Source: Lytechinus pictus
Taxonomy: Eukaryota
Reading direction: 5' to 3'
NCBI RefSeq assembly: GCF_037042905.1
Contig: NC_087252.1
Span: 18,850,001-18,914,000 of the forward strand
DNA: 64,000 nucleotides
In this document: positions 1 to 12,666 of the stretch, in pieces
Numbering within the stretch: the first letter of the stretch is position 1
Layout of the letters: each line of letters starts with the position of its first letter
The notes under the pieces: model-generated
Seen by the model: only the letters and a program-made list of their open reading frames with translations
Database searches by the model: none
Told to the model about the DNA's origin: nothing
Made by a program: the position numbers and the translations under genes

Positions 1-171
1 GAGTGGACATTCAATGTAAAGATAATTAATTCATTTAAAAGCCCGGGGGTGTTGGTACCAACATTCTAATGTGTGTGTGCAAGGAAAGCGAAGAAGTGAT
101 TATACGAGAAGAGTGAAAGATCAGGAATGTACATATTCATATGATTCATTTTTGTTTATGCTATACATTTC

Positions 172-455
172 AGGGTGTTTCTAACTGGTACCAGTTGACA
201 ACTCATGTTTCCAACTGGTCCTAACTGGCGTTTCCAACTTGTCCTGACTGGCACCAGTTGACAACTGGTGTTTACAACTGATTCTAACTGGTACCAGTTG
301 ACAATGGGTATTCCTACTGGTACCAGTTGCCAACTGGTACCAGTTAGGACCAGTTGCCAACTGGTACTAGTTGCTAACTGGTACCAGTTAGGACAAGTTG
401 CCAACTGGTATTTCCAACTGGTACCAGTTACAATTTGTCAACTGGAATCAACTGG
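172..455. repeat. Tandem array of short palindromic units (CAACTGGTACCAGTTG and variants)
   Basis: Many imperfect copies of (C/T)AACTGGTACCAGTT, which is self-complementary. The ORFs on both strands (repeated WYQL/CQLVPV) are artefacts of the repeat. Confidence 0.85.
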
Positions 456-557
456 ATTATTCTACTTTCATTTACATTAATATCTGACTCACAATTATAA
501 TTTATCTTATGTCTTACTCACAATTATTGTGCTGATATTGCATGTTAAACACTTCAT

Positions 558-1011
558 CAGAACAAATGTGCACGATTAATCTGTCAAAAACCAAAATGGT
601 GTCATGCTACCCCTCTTCTAAATAAACTACATTGGCTACCTGTTTCTGATAGAATACATTATCGAATACTTGTTCAAACCTATAAATCTCTGTCAACCAC
701 ACTACCTTCTAACATTTCTTCATTATTTCAGCAACAAAGATCTACATACTCTCTTCGTTCTGCAGCTGCTCCTTCCTATGTCATTCCAAAATCCAGAAAA
801 CAGGCCGGTTTCAACTCCTTTCAATCTCTTGCCCCCCGTCTTTGGAACAAACTCCCTCCATCTCTTCGAAACCTCTCTTCTTTTGACCTCTTTAAAAAAC
901 ATCTCAAAACACACTTATATAACCATCAACCTTAACTTGTCTTATGCAATCAACAGCGCTTTGATTCCTCTGGAAAAGCGCTATATAAATCCAATTATTA
1001 TTATTATTATT
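558..1011 (+). mobile_element. L2-clade LINE, 5'-truncated 3' fragment
   Basis: Open frame 558-935 reads QNKCARLICQKPKWCHATPLLNKLHWLPVSDRIHYRIL...APRLWNKLPPSLR...FKKHLKTHLY, the typical L2 ORF2 C-terminus. It is followed by an AGCGCTTT...AAAAGCGCT stem-loop and an (ATT)n tail. Confidence 0.9.
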
Positions 1012-1695
1012 GTTATCTTCCTTATTTTTTTTCAGTGATTAAAATTCCATTAAACATGCAAAATGTTTTTCTCCCTATGATGTTTTTGGATTGATACTAT
1101 ATTGAATAAAGAGTACTTTACTCATTGGAGATTCGGTAGGTTTCCACTTTGGCGAGTTAACATCGCGAGTTATGGCGAGTTATAGCGAGTTGCCAAAATG
1201 AGGCACTCGCGATAACTCGCATAAAGCTCACCATGAAACTCGGGATAACTCGCGACAACTCGGCAGAGCTCGGCGGAGCTCGTTCAAGCTCGGGACAACT
1301 CTCCTTGAAGTCGTGAGCTGTTTCAAAATTTTTGAACATGTTCAAAAATTTTGCTAACTCGCTGTAACTCGTGCTGAACTCACCTAAACTCGTTATATAC
1401 TCGCAGCACTCGCAATAACTCGTAAGAAGCTCGAGATAAACTCACAATAACTCGTAATAACTCGCCACATCTGAGTATACGCGAGTGCGTTCCGAGTTTT
1501 CAAGAGCGATATACGAGCATTGCGATCGTTTTACGAGTCAAATGGAGGTGCCCACGAGATTAGCGCGACTTTAGATCGAGCACCCCGAGTTACAGCGAGT
1601 TTCGTATGAGTTTATTCCGAGTGCGTTGCAATAGCTCAGAGGCATGCCAGCTGAATGATAAATGTCCAGTGATCTATATTTTCCCCACATATAAA

Positions 1696-2787
1696 CCCCT
1701 CAAAAAAAGTTTGAAATCTGAGTTTGGCCATTAATTTCTCCCAACTCCAAAATTTACACATTGCACATTTGACATCATTTAAAAGGTCATTCAATTTCCT
1801 TTACAATGATACCATGCTTGTTATGATCATGCCATCACGAAAAGAGCAGGATTCAAAAGTGTTGGATAAAGTCTGAATTGAAAAGCTGCAAAACGAGCAA
1901 AAAAGTTTGGAAATCTGAGTTTGGCCATTAATTTATCCCGACTCCGAATTTTACACAATGCATATTTGATATCTTTCAAAAGATCATTTGATTCTCTTTT
2001 AAATGATCCCATGCTTGTTATGATCATGCCATCAAAAAAAGAACAAAATTAATAAGTGTTGGATGAGGTCTCAAGTAAAAAGCTGCAAAACGAGCATAAG
2101 TAATCATGAAGGGTCAATACAGAACATGATGTTTTTGTCTGTGTCAATAAAGATGAAAATCCATTCAAATCAAACCCCTGCTTTTTCATTTCATAATGTT
2201 TTGTTGTGGTTTATGTTTGTTTGTTGTGTGTTTGCTTGTGCAGAGGTGTGTTTGATTCCATTTGAATGTTGATATTAAGGTGCATGAAAACAATTGCTGA
2301 GAATCTCACTCATCATCATGGAAGAAAAGAACAGTGACTTTCAATATTGTGTCATTTTGCAAATTTTGAATTTTGACCTTGCCCCGCATTTCAAGGCACT
2401 GCACCTCCATGTGAGCCATAATCATATCATGTAGGGTATCATTTAAAGACACTTAAATGATCTATTCATTGATATTAATTCAACTTGATATTTACTAAAA
2501 CCGAGGCGGGATTACCGATCAAACTCAAAAGAAACCGCTTAAAATACTCACTCATCAAAGGAACAGTGACTTTCAATACTGTGTCTCTTTGCAACTTAAT
2601 TTTGATTTTTGACCTTGCCCTACATTTCAAGGCACTGCACCTCCATGTGAACCATAATCATATCATGTAGGGTATCATTTAAAGACATTTAAATGATCTA
2701 TTCATTGATATTAATAACAATTGATATTTACTAAAACTGAGGAGGGAGTTTTGATTAAAGTCGGATTTCCAAACTTTTTTTGAGGAG
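1696..2787. mobile_element. Nested Tc1/mariner-like MITE with internal tandem duplications
   Basis: TIR C(C/T)CCTCAAAAAAAGTTT.GAAATC at both ends. Internal ~190-bp (about 1700-2100) and ~240-bp (about 2310-2760) direct duplications. Confidence 0.65.
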
Positions 2788-3045
2788 TTATTTTAAAGTG
2801 AGAGCACATTTTAACTGACCCACGCAATGTACACGTACTTTTAAAAAGGCTGTTTCCACTGCATTATTACAATTTTCAACAAATAAGGAGAGAAATATGC
2901 CTCGATCCAAAAGATCCAAGAGTTGTGGCCATTCAGATAGGGAAACAGCGAAAGAAGATGACATTCAAACAAGGGTAGAAGAAGTGCAGGAAGAGACAAT
3001 TGAAACGGAAGAGGAGGTCAATGACGAGCAGAGCCAAGGTAAAAA

Positions 3046-4187
3046 AACAAGACATCAAACTGGACAATTAAGGTCCAAGTGGAGCGCCTCTGCATCACGC
3101 TATCCAATATAGAAGTAGTGCTGACTCTGAAAACTATTGTAAAATAATTATTCACAAAAACACCATTCATACATTGATACAATACTACGTTCATTTACAA
3201 TAAATGACATTTGACCTTTATCATTTGACCTAAGACTTGTCAGTGATACTAGATTACCCCTATATCCACATTTTATAAACTGTATCTAAACTTTGAAAGT
3301 TATGACAGTAATATAGTATTAATCTCCAAAATGGCCAAAGTTCAATAACCTTAAATGACCTTTGACTTTGGTCATGTGACCTGAAACTGGCATGAAATGT
3401 TCGGTGATACTTGACTACTCTAATATCCAAGTTGATGAATCATATCCATAAGCTTTCAAAGTTATGATGGTAATTCAACAAATACCCCCAACATGGCCAA
3501 AGTTTATTGACCATAAATGACCTTTGACCTCCGTCATGTGACCTGAAACTCGCACAGGATGTTCAGGAATACTTGATTACTCTTATATCTAAGATTCATG
3601 AATCAGATCTATAAACTTTTAAAGTTATGATGGTAATTCAACAGATCACCCGAACATCACTAAAGTTCATTGACCTTTGACCTTGGACATGTGACCTGAT
3701 ATCCGCACAGGATGTTTAGTGATACCTGATTACTCTTATGTTCAAGTTTCATGAATCAGATTCATAAACTTTCAAAGTTATAATGTTAATTTAACAAATA
3801 CCCCAATTGGCCAAAGTCCATTGACCCTAATTGACCTTAGTCATGTGACTTGAAACTCAAGCAGGATGTTTATATACTTTAATAACCTTATGTCCACGTT
3901 TCATGAACTAGGTTAATATATTTTCTAAGTTATGATGACATTTCAAAAACTTAACCGTAGGTTAAAACTTTGATGTTGATTCCCTAAACATGGTCTACGT
4001 TCATTGACCATAAATGACCTCTGACCTTGGTCTTGTGACCTGAAACTCGAAAAGAATATTTTGTAATGCTTGATAAACCTTATGGTCAAGTTTCATGAAC
4101 TAGGTCCAAATACTTTCTCAGTTATGATGCCATTTCAAAAACTTAACCTTCGGTTAAGATTTGGTGTTGACGCCCCCTCCGCCGGCA
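3046..4187 (+). repeat. Interspersed repeat with internal ~150-bp tandem units (TGACCTTTGACC motif), Helentron/HINE-like
   Basis: Starts ACAAG after an A-run and has about 6 units of TGACCTTTGACCTTGGTCATGTGACCTGAAACTC...CAAGTTTCATGAA. It interrupts a short acidic ORF (2897-). The family call is inferred. Confidence 0.6.
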
Positions 4188-4586
4188 TCCATCTTTGAGT
4201 GCCAAAAATGTGCATTTCCCACCCCTAGGTCGTATGAAACTCTTATCACTCGTAACAAAATCTTTATAACTCGTTCATAGCTCGCTTTAAGTCGTATAAA
4301 GGTCACCGCAACTCATACTAAGCTCGGCCTGACTCGTTTCGCGCTCGGTTCACTCGTACAACGAGCGTAGTGAACTCGGTGTTGAGTCGTTTGTCACTCA
4401 AGCAAATTCCAGGGAAAAATGTAAATTTCACGCGAGCTTGTGCGAGCTAAGGCGAGTTAGAGCTCGCGCAGCTCGCGTATGACTCGCAACTCCAACTCGC
4501 CAAAGTGGAAACCTCGAGACAGAAGGCCCGCGAGACCGAAAGCCCGCGAGACCGACTTTTTTTGCCCCTTCATCGGGTGCCACGGT

Positions 4587-5714
4587 CGAATGGTTTAAGG
4601 CGCCTCGTTGCAGCGGCGTAACAAGTGCCTGTTATCAGAGGGGGAGGGGGCAGAGCCAAACATTTCCCAGTAGTTTCGTCTAAAATCAGTGGCATAACTA
4701 GGATTTCAGTGTAGGAGGCAGTAGTGAGCACGGGAAGCACGTTCCGGGGGTCGGGGTGCAGGGAGGGGAGTGTACCCCCCCCCCCCCCCCCCGCGAGAAG
4801 CGCAGAATGTCCGACGTTCCTTTGAATTGTTCCTTATCTGCTCTCGCTCATCTTAATACGTCCTCTGTCTGTTATCGGAGGGGGGCAGAGCAAAGAAATT
4901 CCCGGTAACTAATTCGAGAATCAGTGGCTTTGCTAGGATTTCATTTTAGGGAGCGGTAGTGAGCACGCGAAGTGTGCGAAACACTTAGTAATGAGAGCGC
5001 GAAAGGCGCTCCATATTATAAGGGGAGTTTTCCCCCTCCCACGCGAAGCACGGAAGCTCCGACGTTTTATTTGAATTGTTCCTTGCCTGCTCCTGCTCTT
5101 CTTACGTTCTCTTCCTGTTAACGGAGAGGGGGGAGAGAAAAATTTCGAATTGCGGAAGCTCCGACGTTTGTTTGAATCGTTCCTCGTCTGCATCCGCTCT
5201 TCTTACGTTTTCTGCCTGAAATGGGGAGGGGCACAGCCAAAAAAAATTCCGTTAACTAAGTCTGAAATTAGTGGCGAAGCTAGAATTTAATTTAAGGGGC
5301 AGGAGTCAGCACGCAAAACATGGGACACGGGAGCAGACAAGGAACAATTCGAATAAAATGTCGGAGCTTCCGCTCTTTGCGCGGGAGGGGACCCCCCCTT
5401 ACAGGGAGCGCCTTTCGCACACTCAGTATGAAGTGTTTCAGAGGGTGTATTAAGATGAGCGGGGGCAGACAAGGAACGATTCACAGGAACGTCGGAGATT
5501 CAACGCTTCTCGCGGGGGAGACTCCCCCTCCATGCACCCCCCCCCCCCCCGCCGAGCGCGCTTCCTGGGCTCACTAGGTACGCCCCTAAACTGAAATCCT
5601 AGCTACAGTATGTCACTAATTCTAGACGGAGTTACCGATAAATATTTGGCTCTGCCCCCTCCACCCTCTGATAATAGGCATACGCCGCTGCAACGAGGCG
5701 CCTTAAACCACTCG
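4587..5714. mobile_element. Foldback element with ~290-bp imperfect inverted arms
   Basis: TGGTTTAAGGCGCCTCGTTGCAGCGGCGTA (4591-4620) is the exact reverse complement of 5681-5710. Homology continues inward, and ~250-bp subunits are repeated inside. Confidence 0.75.
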
Positions 5715-6196
5715 CAGAATTTCGGTCAAGTGGTCGGACACCGAAGAATCAGCTTGATAATGTTTATATATACCAGTATTGCCGTCTTTAATGTATAATA
5801 CATACATTTAGGTTTTGGTTTAAAGCAAATATTATTTCTATTATTGATTCGAAAAAAAATCAGAGTCCAAATAATTCATTTTAGATTCCTTTACAATCAA
5901 GTTCAAATATATTCTTTATATACAGTGCGTATCAAAAAAAAGTTGTTATTGTTATTATTGTTTCGTTTCATTGGAATTGTGGGCAATGCTTTTATAATTA
6001 TGAATATAATTTATTAAGTTGACTTTAATCTTGAAAACTTAATATAATGCTGGTTGTGTTTTTTTGCAAGAAACAGCATTTGTGTTGGATTAGTACATAG
6101 AAATGTTGTGTAACAGCATACCCAGGCATCGCAAATTTGGTCTCAAAAGATGCGCAAGACTTGAAAGTAAAAAGTCAGCGAACAGCCTCTCAGTTA

Positions 6197-6613
6197 TTAA
6201 CCCTAAGTTAACTGGATCAATTTAACTCCCCCCCCCCCCCTCCACAAATGTTGCGACTATGCAGCCGCATAATTGTTTCTTTTTACCGTACCCCTTTAAA
6301 GACTTTCAAGTCTTGCACATCTTTTGAGACCACATTTGCGACGCCCGGCTACGTGGTTCCGAAATAATTTATGCTGTTTATGATTGCAGAAGATTCCTAA
6401 AAAAAGCTCACTGAAAAAAAAACAAAGAAATACATATGAAATTCACCTAATAAAAAACGGAGAAAATTGATTAAGTTATGGCAATTTTGGCAAAATTCGC
6501 GGCGATCGCACGACTAGTGGCGAAGATCTGAAAGGCGGGGGGGGGGGGGGGAATTGGGAATTGACACCCCCATATAGGTGTGGTCTGAAATAGCCCAATA
6601 GAATTAGGCTTAA
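6197..6613. mobile_element. piggyBac-like non-autonomous remnant (TTAA-CCCT termini)
   Basis: Begins TTAACCCTA and ends TAGGCTTAA. The interior matches the copy at ~39720-40540 (shared CCCGG.TACGTGGTT.CGAAAT). Confidence 0.5.
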
Positions 6614-7780
6614 AATATACAATCCAAGAATAGGTTATAGAATCGTTTTAAGGATTTTCTTTCACTTAGCGGAGATTCCAAACAAAAGTGAACTTTTTCC
6701 CAAATCTTTATTTTATTGGTTTGATCTCAAATACAAAACTCTTATGAAATTTATAATTGTAAAGGGGGTTCATAATCAGCCTAATAATATGTATTATGCA
6801 TTTCTTCTCTCAATAAGAGAATATGAACCAGCCATAAATAAAATTCTCGTTTGGATAATTAGAAATCCATCACTTAATCGAATCATAGGTTGCATAAAGG
6901 GTTACAAACAATTCGCAAATGTGTGATGGAGGACAAAGTTTATTGTGTATGACTGGCGTCAGAGGCGTCGATCAGGGGGGGGGATGGCAAGGGGGGCGAT
7001 CGCCCCACCAATGAAAATATTTGGTGGCAGGTATATCGTTTTGCCCTCCCAATAATACCATAAGGGCAAAAATAAAATCAAATTGTAATGTTACACATAC
7101 ATCAGCAAATTAACCAAACATAATATAAGATTTAGTTTTACATCCATAGTACACTATTAAATCATGATTTCTCCCCGCGCTCCGCGCGAGAAATAATGCC
7201 ATCTATCATTGCAACCGTTATAAAGGTAGGCCCTACATTTAAGCAGGAATCTCATCATAGAGGCATACAAGTCTTTCGTGTCAATGAATAAACAAGAAAA
7301 TGGTAAATCCCCCTTTTAATAGGCGGATTCGGGTGAGTTATGTATATCTACAAGTTAATTCTAACAAACTACTTAGAAAAACTCTTTCTATGACAGTTGA
7401 TCAAAAATTTTGGCTATAGATTTGCGCTAGCATCGATTGTTAAAAATATATTAATCCATGCACCCTATTCATAGTTATAAATATGCTTAAAATGTCCAGT
7501 TTTCAGGCATTAATATCAACAAATTTCGCGCTCTCATTAAGCCTATTAGTTTAATAAATAAGATGATAATATAATTATTATTCACAAATTCCTAATATTC
7601 AGATTTTACTTTTTTCAGATTAAAATATCAACAAGTTTCATCTCGAGCTTAGGAAGAGGAAGAGAAAGATAGTCATCATTTTCAAATGATGACATTATGT
7701 CTTTAAAATATCCCGTTACTAAATCAAAATAATAATATATCAGCTCGCGCCTCGCACCATTAATTCATTGCGATCCATAT

Positions 7781-8511
7781 TGTAACGAACTATGTTTCCG
7801 TTTTAATGTCATAGAGAGCTTGTAGGGTCTGTAAACGTAGACTATATAGAAATCGTATGTGTAGACATTCTGTGAATTAACAAAAATTAGCCAATATCGC
7901 ACATTTTATGAACATGTTGGAGTTGTCATGAAACCTAAGCACTATCCAGTTGTTTTATTTGAGAAAGCTGGTAGATTAGCAAAGTTAATTAGGTTATTGT
8001 TGTTGTATTCATTTCTAGTAACTGTTTCATCAAAGTGTTAAAAATACATAAGTACGAGGAGGCAACTGTTCGAATGAAGCTTTGGTGTTACGGCCCTTTA
8101 CTGTAGTGCAAATACGCCCTTCATCTCTTGTATCTCATTTTGGTCTGTACACTAATTTATCTTTGAGATATCAAATGTAAATATCAGAAATTGAACCTAC
8201 ACTCTGGACTACGTTCTTTGGAGTGCTAAAGGAACAAATGATTAGTGTATGTAACAAATGCTGGTGAATGTATGGTCGACGGATGTCCGATTGATTGAAA
8301 TGAGACGAGTGGGGTGATTGATTGCAGTTGACGGATGGTCTGACTGGAGAAACAAGAGTCGACGGTTGGTGATGGTTGTTAACCAGTCTTCTCCATAAAC
8401 CATCAGCAACGGTCATATACTTTGACCAAACGAACACAACTGACGGTCAGGCACGGTGGCATCCTGACAAGAAAACCGTGTCAGCTGGAAGTTGAATTCG
8501 AAGACGTCACA
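7781..8511. mobile_element. Solo LTR (LTR retrotransposon)
   Basis: TGTAACG...CGTCACA termini (TG..CA, 6/7 inverted match), 731 bp, flanked by a 4-bp TSD ATAT/ATAT. Host sequence resumes after it. Confidence 0.7.
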
Positions 8512-8970
8512 ATATATCCACTTCACAATTGCCCTACACAATGCTTGAAATAATGCATAAATTGACCCTTCTTCAGGTCAGAATATTTTTTTTTTCAGCT
8601 CGCGCTTCAAGCTCGCATCATTGATTTTCATAATAAAATAAATGTATTCAGAATGCTCAGAATCAAGGTCGCATTATTAATGTAGGAAGATACACATTTA
8701 GCCATCCTTTCATGATTTCAAAAACATAAATAGAGTGTCCCATTTTTAGGTCTAACTGTCAATTTTTCCGGCTCGCGCTTCGTGCTCGCATTTGTCATTT
8801 ATTTATATACCTATCTTGTTCATGAATACAAAAGTGCCTAGAATTTCCAGTTTTTAAGTCGATATGACAAAAATTGTCTGCTCGCGTTTCGCGCTCGCAG
8901 TAATTATTTAGTTACATAGGCATCTTGTTCAGGACCACATACATTGCTAAGAATGTACAATGTATTTATT

Positions 8971-8974
<4 letters not shown>

Positions 8975-9041
<67 letters not shown>
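8975..9041. repeat. (CA)n(TA)n microsatellite
   Basis: Read directly from the sequence. Confidence 0.95.
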
Positions 9042-9044
<3 letters not shown>

Positions 9045-9864
9045 GAGTTTAGTTGCAAAAGGGTTTGGGTCCACTTTGGACCATTCTGAGAAAAACCATG
9101 TTTTTTATTCTCACTTACTGCAATATTCTTATGAGAAACTAAATTGTCATGATGTACTACCCTATCATGTGAACATAAAATTGGGTATAAAAGAAATCTA
9201 CCTGTCTTCAATTTTTTTCTATAAATTCTTTTAAAAATTATCATTGTGAACCTAACCCCTTTTGCAAGTAAACTGGAATGAATCGAATCTATTTTGATTA
9301 AAAAGGTGATTTTTCTTTGCCACTTTTATTCACGTTTATATGTAAATATCACATTTTCTTGGTTTTCATCAAAGCGACTAAAAATTTAGATGTTTGAGAC
9401 AGAAAACAATAAAATTTATAAACAATGGACCTAACCCCTTTGGACAAATGAGCTCTTCAGAAGAGTTTGTTTGCAAAAGGGGTTAGGTCCACTCCAAGAA
9501 AATCATTTTTTTTTTTAATTCTCCTATATTGCATATTCTTATGCGAAACTAAATTTTCAAGATTCCCTACCATGACTACATAAAATTGCGTATAAAAGAA
9601 ATATACCTTTATTCATATTTTTTAAAATATTCTTTTCCAAAAAAAAATCGGTGTGGACCTAATCCCTTTTGCAACTAAACTGAAATAGACCTAACCCCTA
9701 TTGAAAAAAGTGATTTTTCTTTGCAATTTTTGATCACTTTTAAATAGGAATTTTAACTTTTCTTTGGTATCATCTTATAGAGCTACTAAAAATCTATATA
9801 TTGAGACCAAAAAAATCAAATTTGATGAAAAATGGGCCTCACCCCTTTTGCAAGTGAGCTCTTC
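9042..9864 (+). mobile_element. GAAGAG-terminal MITE, copy 1 (Sola-like 4-bp AWWT TSD)
   Basis: TIR GAAGAG(T/C)T(T/C)A(G/C)TTGCAAAAGGG, flanked by ATAT/ATAT. Interior is a head-to-tail dimer. Other copies at 38296 and 54514. Confidence 0.8.
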
Positions 9865-9869
9865 ATATA

Positions 9870-9901
<32 letters not shown>

Positions 9902-11599
9902 CTTAATATGTGTGAGTAAGTGAGGGTGTGCTTGGTGTGTGTGAGCTTGTTTTGTGCGATCGAGCGCCTTTGTAATGTTGATTTATGACTCATGATTTTG
10001 CCCCCAGTCTGAAAATGTATCGCCTCCCCTGGTTCAACCTCTTGCTGCAGCATTACGCTGAAGACACGGTAATTACTGCGCCATTGTCGAATCAGGTTAA
10101 CGACGACTTTTCATACGTAGAGAAATTAATTCATTGTTGCGACGATCACTATGTTACACCAGGTACAATCACAACCATGGAATCGACAAATCCATCAAGT
10201 ATTAGTGTTTGGGATGGAAATAGATGAAAAATCGTAGTGGGAGAACGCGCAGTTACTTGAAATCGTTCAATATAGACAACACGACTCTATTCTATAATTC
10301 AGTCATTAAAAGTGTCATTCGTTTCAATGTATTACGTCTGTTCGATTAATTGTAACATAATGATAATTATGATATATCTATATAACTATTTTGGACGACC
10401 CAGCTTTTGTAAATCTAACATCATTATCTGCTTGATATATTTATAGCTGAGTAACTTTATTTGTTTTGTTCATGTATGCCTATTATCTTCTTATATACCA
10501 GTAGAATACAAATTTCTTTGAAATATTCATATTGAGAAGACAAAATTAAAATATAATATATTATGTTTCTTTACAGGTTGCAGCCCTTACTTTATCAGGT
10601 TAGGGGTGGAGCCCCCGGAGCCTTGGAGATTTAGCCACAGGAAACATTAAACTGTGAAAATTCTAGATCTAGAGGCTCTCCACATTAATTCGTGTTAGCG
10701 TCAAGCTTAATGAATGTGTGTGTGTGTGTGTGTGTGTATGCAAGGGGGAATATATAATATTTAAAGTTGCGTGTCATATAGCCATGGGCCGAGGGGAAAG
10801 GTGATGCTACTTCGTGGGGGAGAGAGGGGGGTAGTTACCTCCAGAATTGCTCGAAGGCCAACATTTTTGTGGCATGCGAGTGAAAGTTATTGCATGATAT
10901 TTGGCAAGTCTTATTTAGGCTTTAAACACATACAAGACATCGATTCATTCTTTCCTCGATTTTTTTGTTCTTTATCCCCGGCAGTCCGTTCGTGTTCTTT
11001 TGTAATTTTACTTTTTCTTTTCCTTTATTTTTCAATTGAGTTTTCTGCTACTCCATTCCCATTAATTTCTACTCTACCTTAATTTCAAGTTTATTTTGCC
11101 TCCTTTCTTACATTTTCCCTTATCATTTCCAGTTCCAATTTGCAGTCATTTAATTATTCACTTTTCTCAATTATTTCTGGATTGTTTGATCTTTCTCCCA
11201 CCTTGTTATTTCCTTTCCTTCACCAATTTCTTTCCGTTTACCCCTTTGCCCTTTCTTTCCCTTTCATTTTTATCATTTTTCACTTTTTCCCTTTTTATTC
11301 TTATTTTAACGGCGAAGTCATTCAGGGGGCAGATTTTCCCCTACCCCAGCCTGTAACGCTATTGCCTCTACTGGGGCACGACTAGGAAAAGTCATGTCGT
11401 CTTAAATAGGAACTGAGTTTCCCAATCTAAACAATCCCTTTGAAATTTCATGAATCAGAAAAATAATGAAAACCCACATTCGACCTTCTTCAATTCTTAA
11501 ATAGTCATACAAGCACTCATCCAAAACAGCAGGCAGAGTGAGCGGACTCATAACAGTAAACAATAACAGAAGCTTAAATACTAGTGATGGTGGACTTTA

Positions 11600-11755
11600 T
11601 CTTCAATAATGACGACTCCCCACAATGCAATGCGCGCTGATTTCGCGATTTAGCTTACGTGCCGTATTCCCAGCAATAAGCTGTATCCGTGTGTATAGAC
11701 ATTGAATCCAGCATCGTCTCTTCACGGTAATCCTGACTCACAGGTGACAGAGAAT
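11600..11755 (+). promoter_or_regulatory. Putative promoter/5'UTR of the Ig receptor gene
   Basis: Non-repetitive, CpG-containing stretch just upstream of the signal-peptide ATG. Contains AP-1 consensus TGACTCA (11734-11740) and an adjacent E-box CAGGTG. Confidence 0.4.
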
Positions 11756-11828
11756 ATGGCGACGTTACGTCTAGGAATGGTCCTATTGCTGGTTGGTGCA
11801 TTGCCAATCATCTCTTCAATAGCTCTAG
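11756..11828 (+). CDS. Exon 1: signal peptide of an Ig-superfamily membrane receptor
   Basis: ATG, then MATLRLGMVLLLVGALPIISSIAL plus 1 nt (basic n-region, hydrophobic h-region). Strong donor AG|GTAAGA, phase 1, compatible with the downstream Ig exons. Linkage across 33 kb is inferred. Confidence 0.75.
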
Positions 11829-12262
11829 GTAAGATCTGATGATCACTTTTAATCGTGATTTAGTCTTGTAATTGATTTCTGAATTAAATCAGGCCTGTAT
11901 ATAGGCCTACCGAACTACGTTTCAAATGGGCAAAGTAACTTACCTAGGTTGGACTTGTAAAGTCTACAATGGGCCTACATGTCAACAATGTTCATGCGAG
12001 CAAGCAGAATAAACAATGAGAAGCTCGATAGAAACTCAATATTTATATGACACAGGAGAGGGCATAACGGCTTCGTGTAATAGTTTTAGCAACTCCCTCA
12101 ATTGAAGTCATCATAGATGGTATAATCATCTCGTGTTATTGTTATTAATGATGGTGACTAGAAATTTGGAGTTGGTGTTGTCACTGGACTCGAGGTTACC
12201 ATTTGTAGCACATTAAAAAGAATAAAAGAAAAGGATGATGATTATGTTTTTCAAACAATAAG

Positions 12263-12666
12263 TAGAACTAAGTGAAGTGTTTATTGAAACGGTTGAAATA
12301 ACTACCAACCAATGTGTTTTGTCAAAAGACTGTGTGCGTCTTTTCCATTGTATTCTGCGGCGAACCCGCTGGGCGTGCCATCGTCTACATGTATTTTTCT
12401 CAACTGGGTGAGTGCTCTTGCCATTCAAGACGCCAGCGTACTTTTTTGCGGCGAAAACGGACGCGGCCACTTTAATCTTTTCACTAGACAGAGCGATGAA
12501 TCCCCTTGGTAGCTCTCCGATAACATGTTTTTGCATGAGCGCCCTCTATGTTCACAATATCAGGGTTCCAGGCGAACTACGAGCACAGTGCTAGTAGCGA
12601 ATGGGTTTAATTGTTATATTTTCCAAAGGTACGCTTTCACAAATGTTAATAATGTCTGCTTTCAGG
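12263..12666 (+). pseudogene. Decayed V-type Ig exon (frameshifts/stops)
   Basis: Phase-1 acceptor, then VELSEVFIETVEITTNQCVLSKDCVRLFHC, frameshift, FLNWVSALAIQDASVLFCGENG...PW*LSDNMFL...YAFTNV. By eye this parallels the intact exon at 45277 (C..W..YDIDRNFSL..YTDV). Confidence 0.45.

Larger units (their letters stand above)
1138..4514. mobile_element. Non-autonomous TIR DNA transposon (Harbinger-like termini) with nested insertions
   Basis: Perfect 21-bp TIR AGGTTTCCACTTTGGCGAGTT (1138-1158) / AACTCGCCAAAGTGGAAACCT (4494-4514). Both subterminal regions are rich in ACTCG/CGAGT. No clear TSD. Confidence 0.8.
6960..10031 (-). mobile_element. hAT-like non-autonomous element (same family as 19274-19998, opposite orientation), carrying nested insertions
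   Basis: Left end CAGAGGCGTCGATC and right end ...CTGAAAATGTATCGCCTCCCCTG are reverse complements of the ends of 19274-19998. Interior has GCTCGCGCTTCGCGCTCGC units. No TSD match. Confidence 0.65.

Noticed and set aside
4575..4620. tRNA gene
   Set aside because: Only an A-box-like piece is present, with no B-box or cloverleaf.
10032..10330. Codon-like island (HYAEDTVITAPL...), possibly another decayed exon on either strand
   Set aside because: It has stops in the plausible frames and no convincing motif order.
10771..11385. Hydrophobic F/L/S-rich ORFs (also 14136, 21124, 43548)
   Set aside because: These are translations of low-complexity pyrimidine tracts, not TM proteins.
12213..12536. 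107-aa minus-strand ORF (MQKHVIGELPRG...)
   Set aside because: No recognisable domain or splice signals. It is better explained as the antisense shadow of a decayed plus-strand Ig exon.
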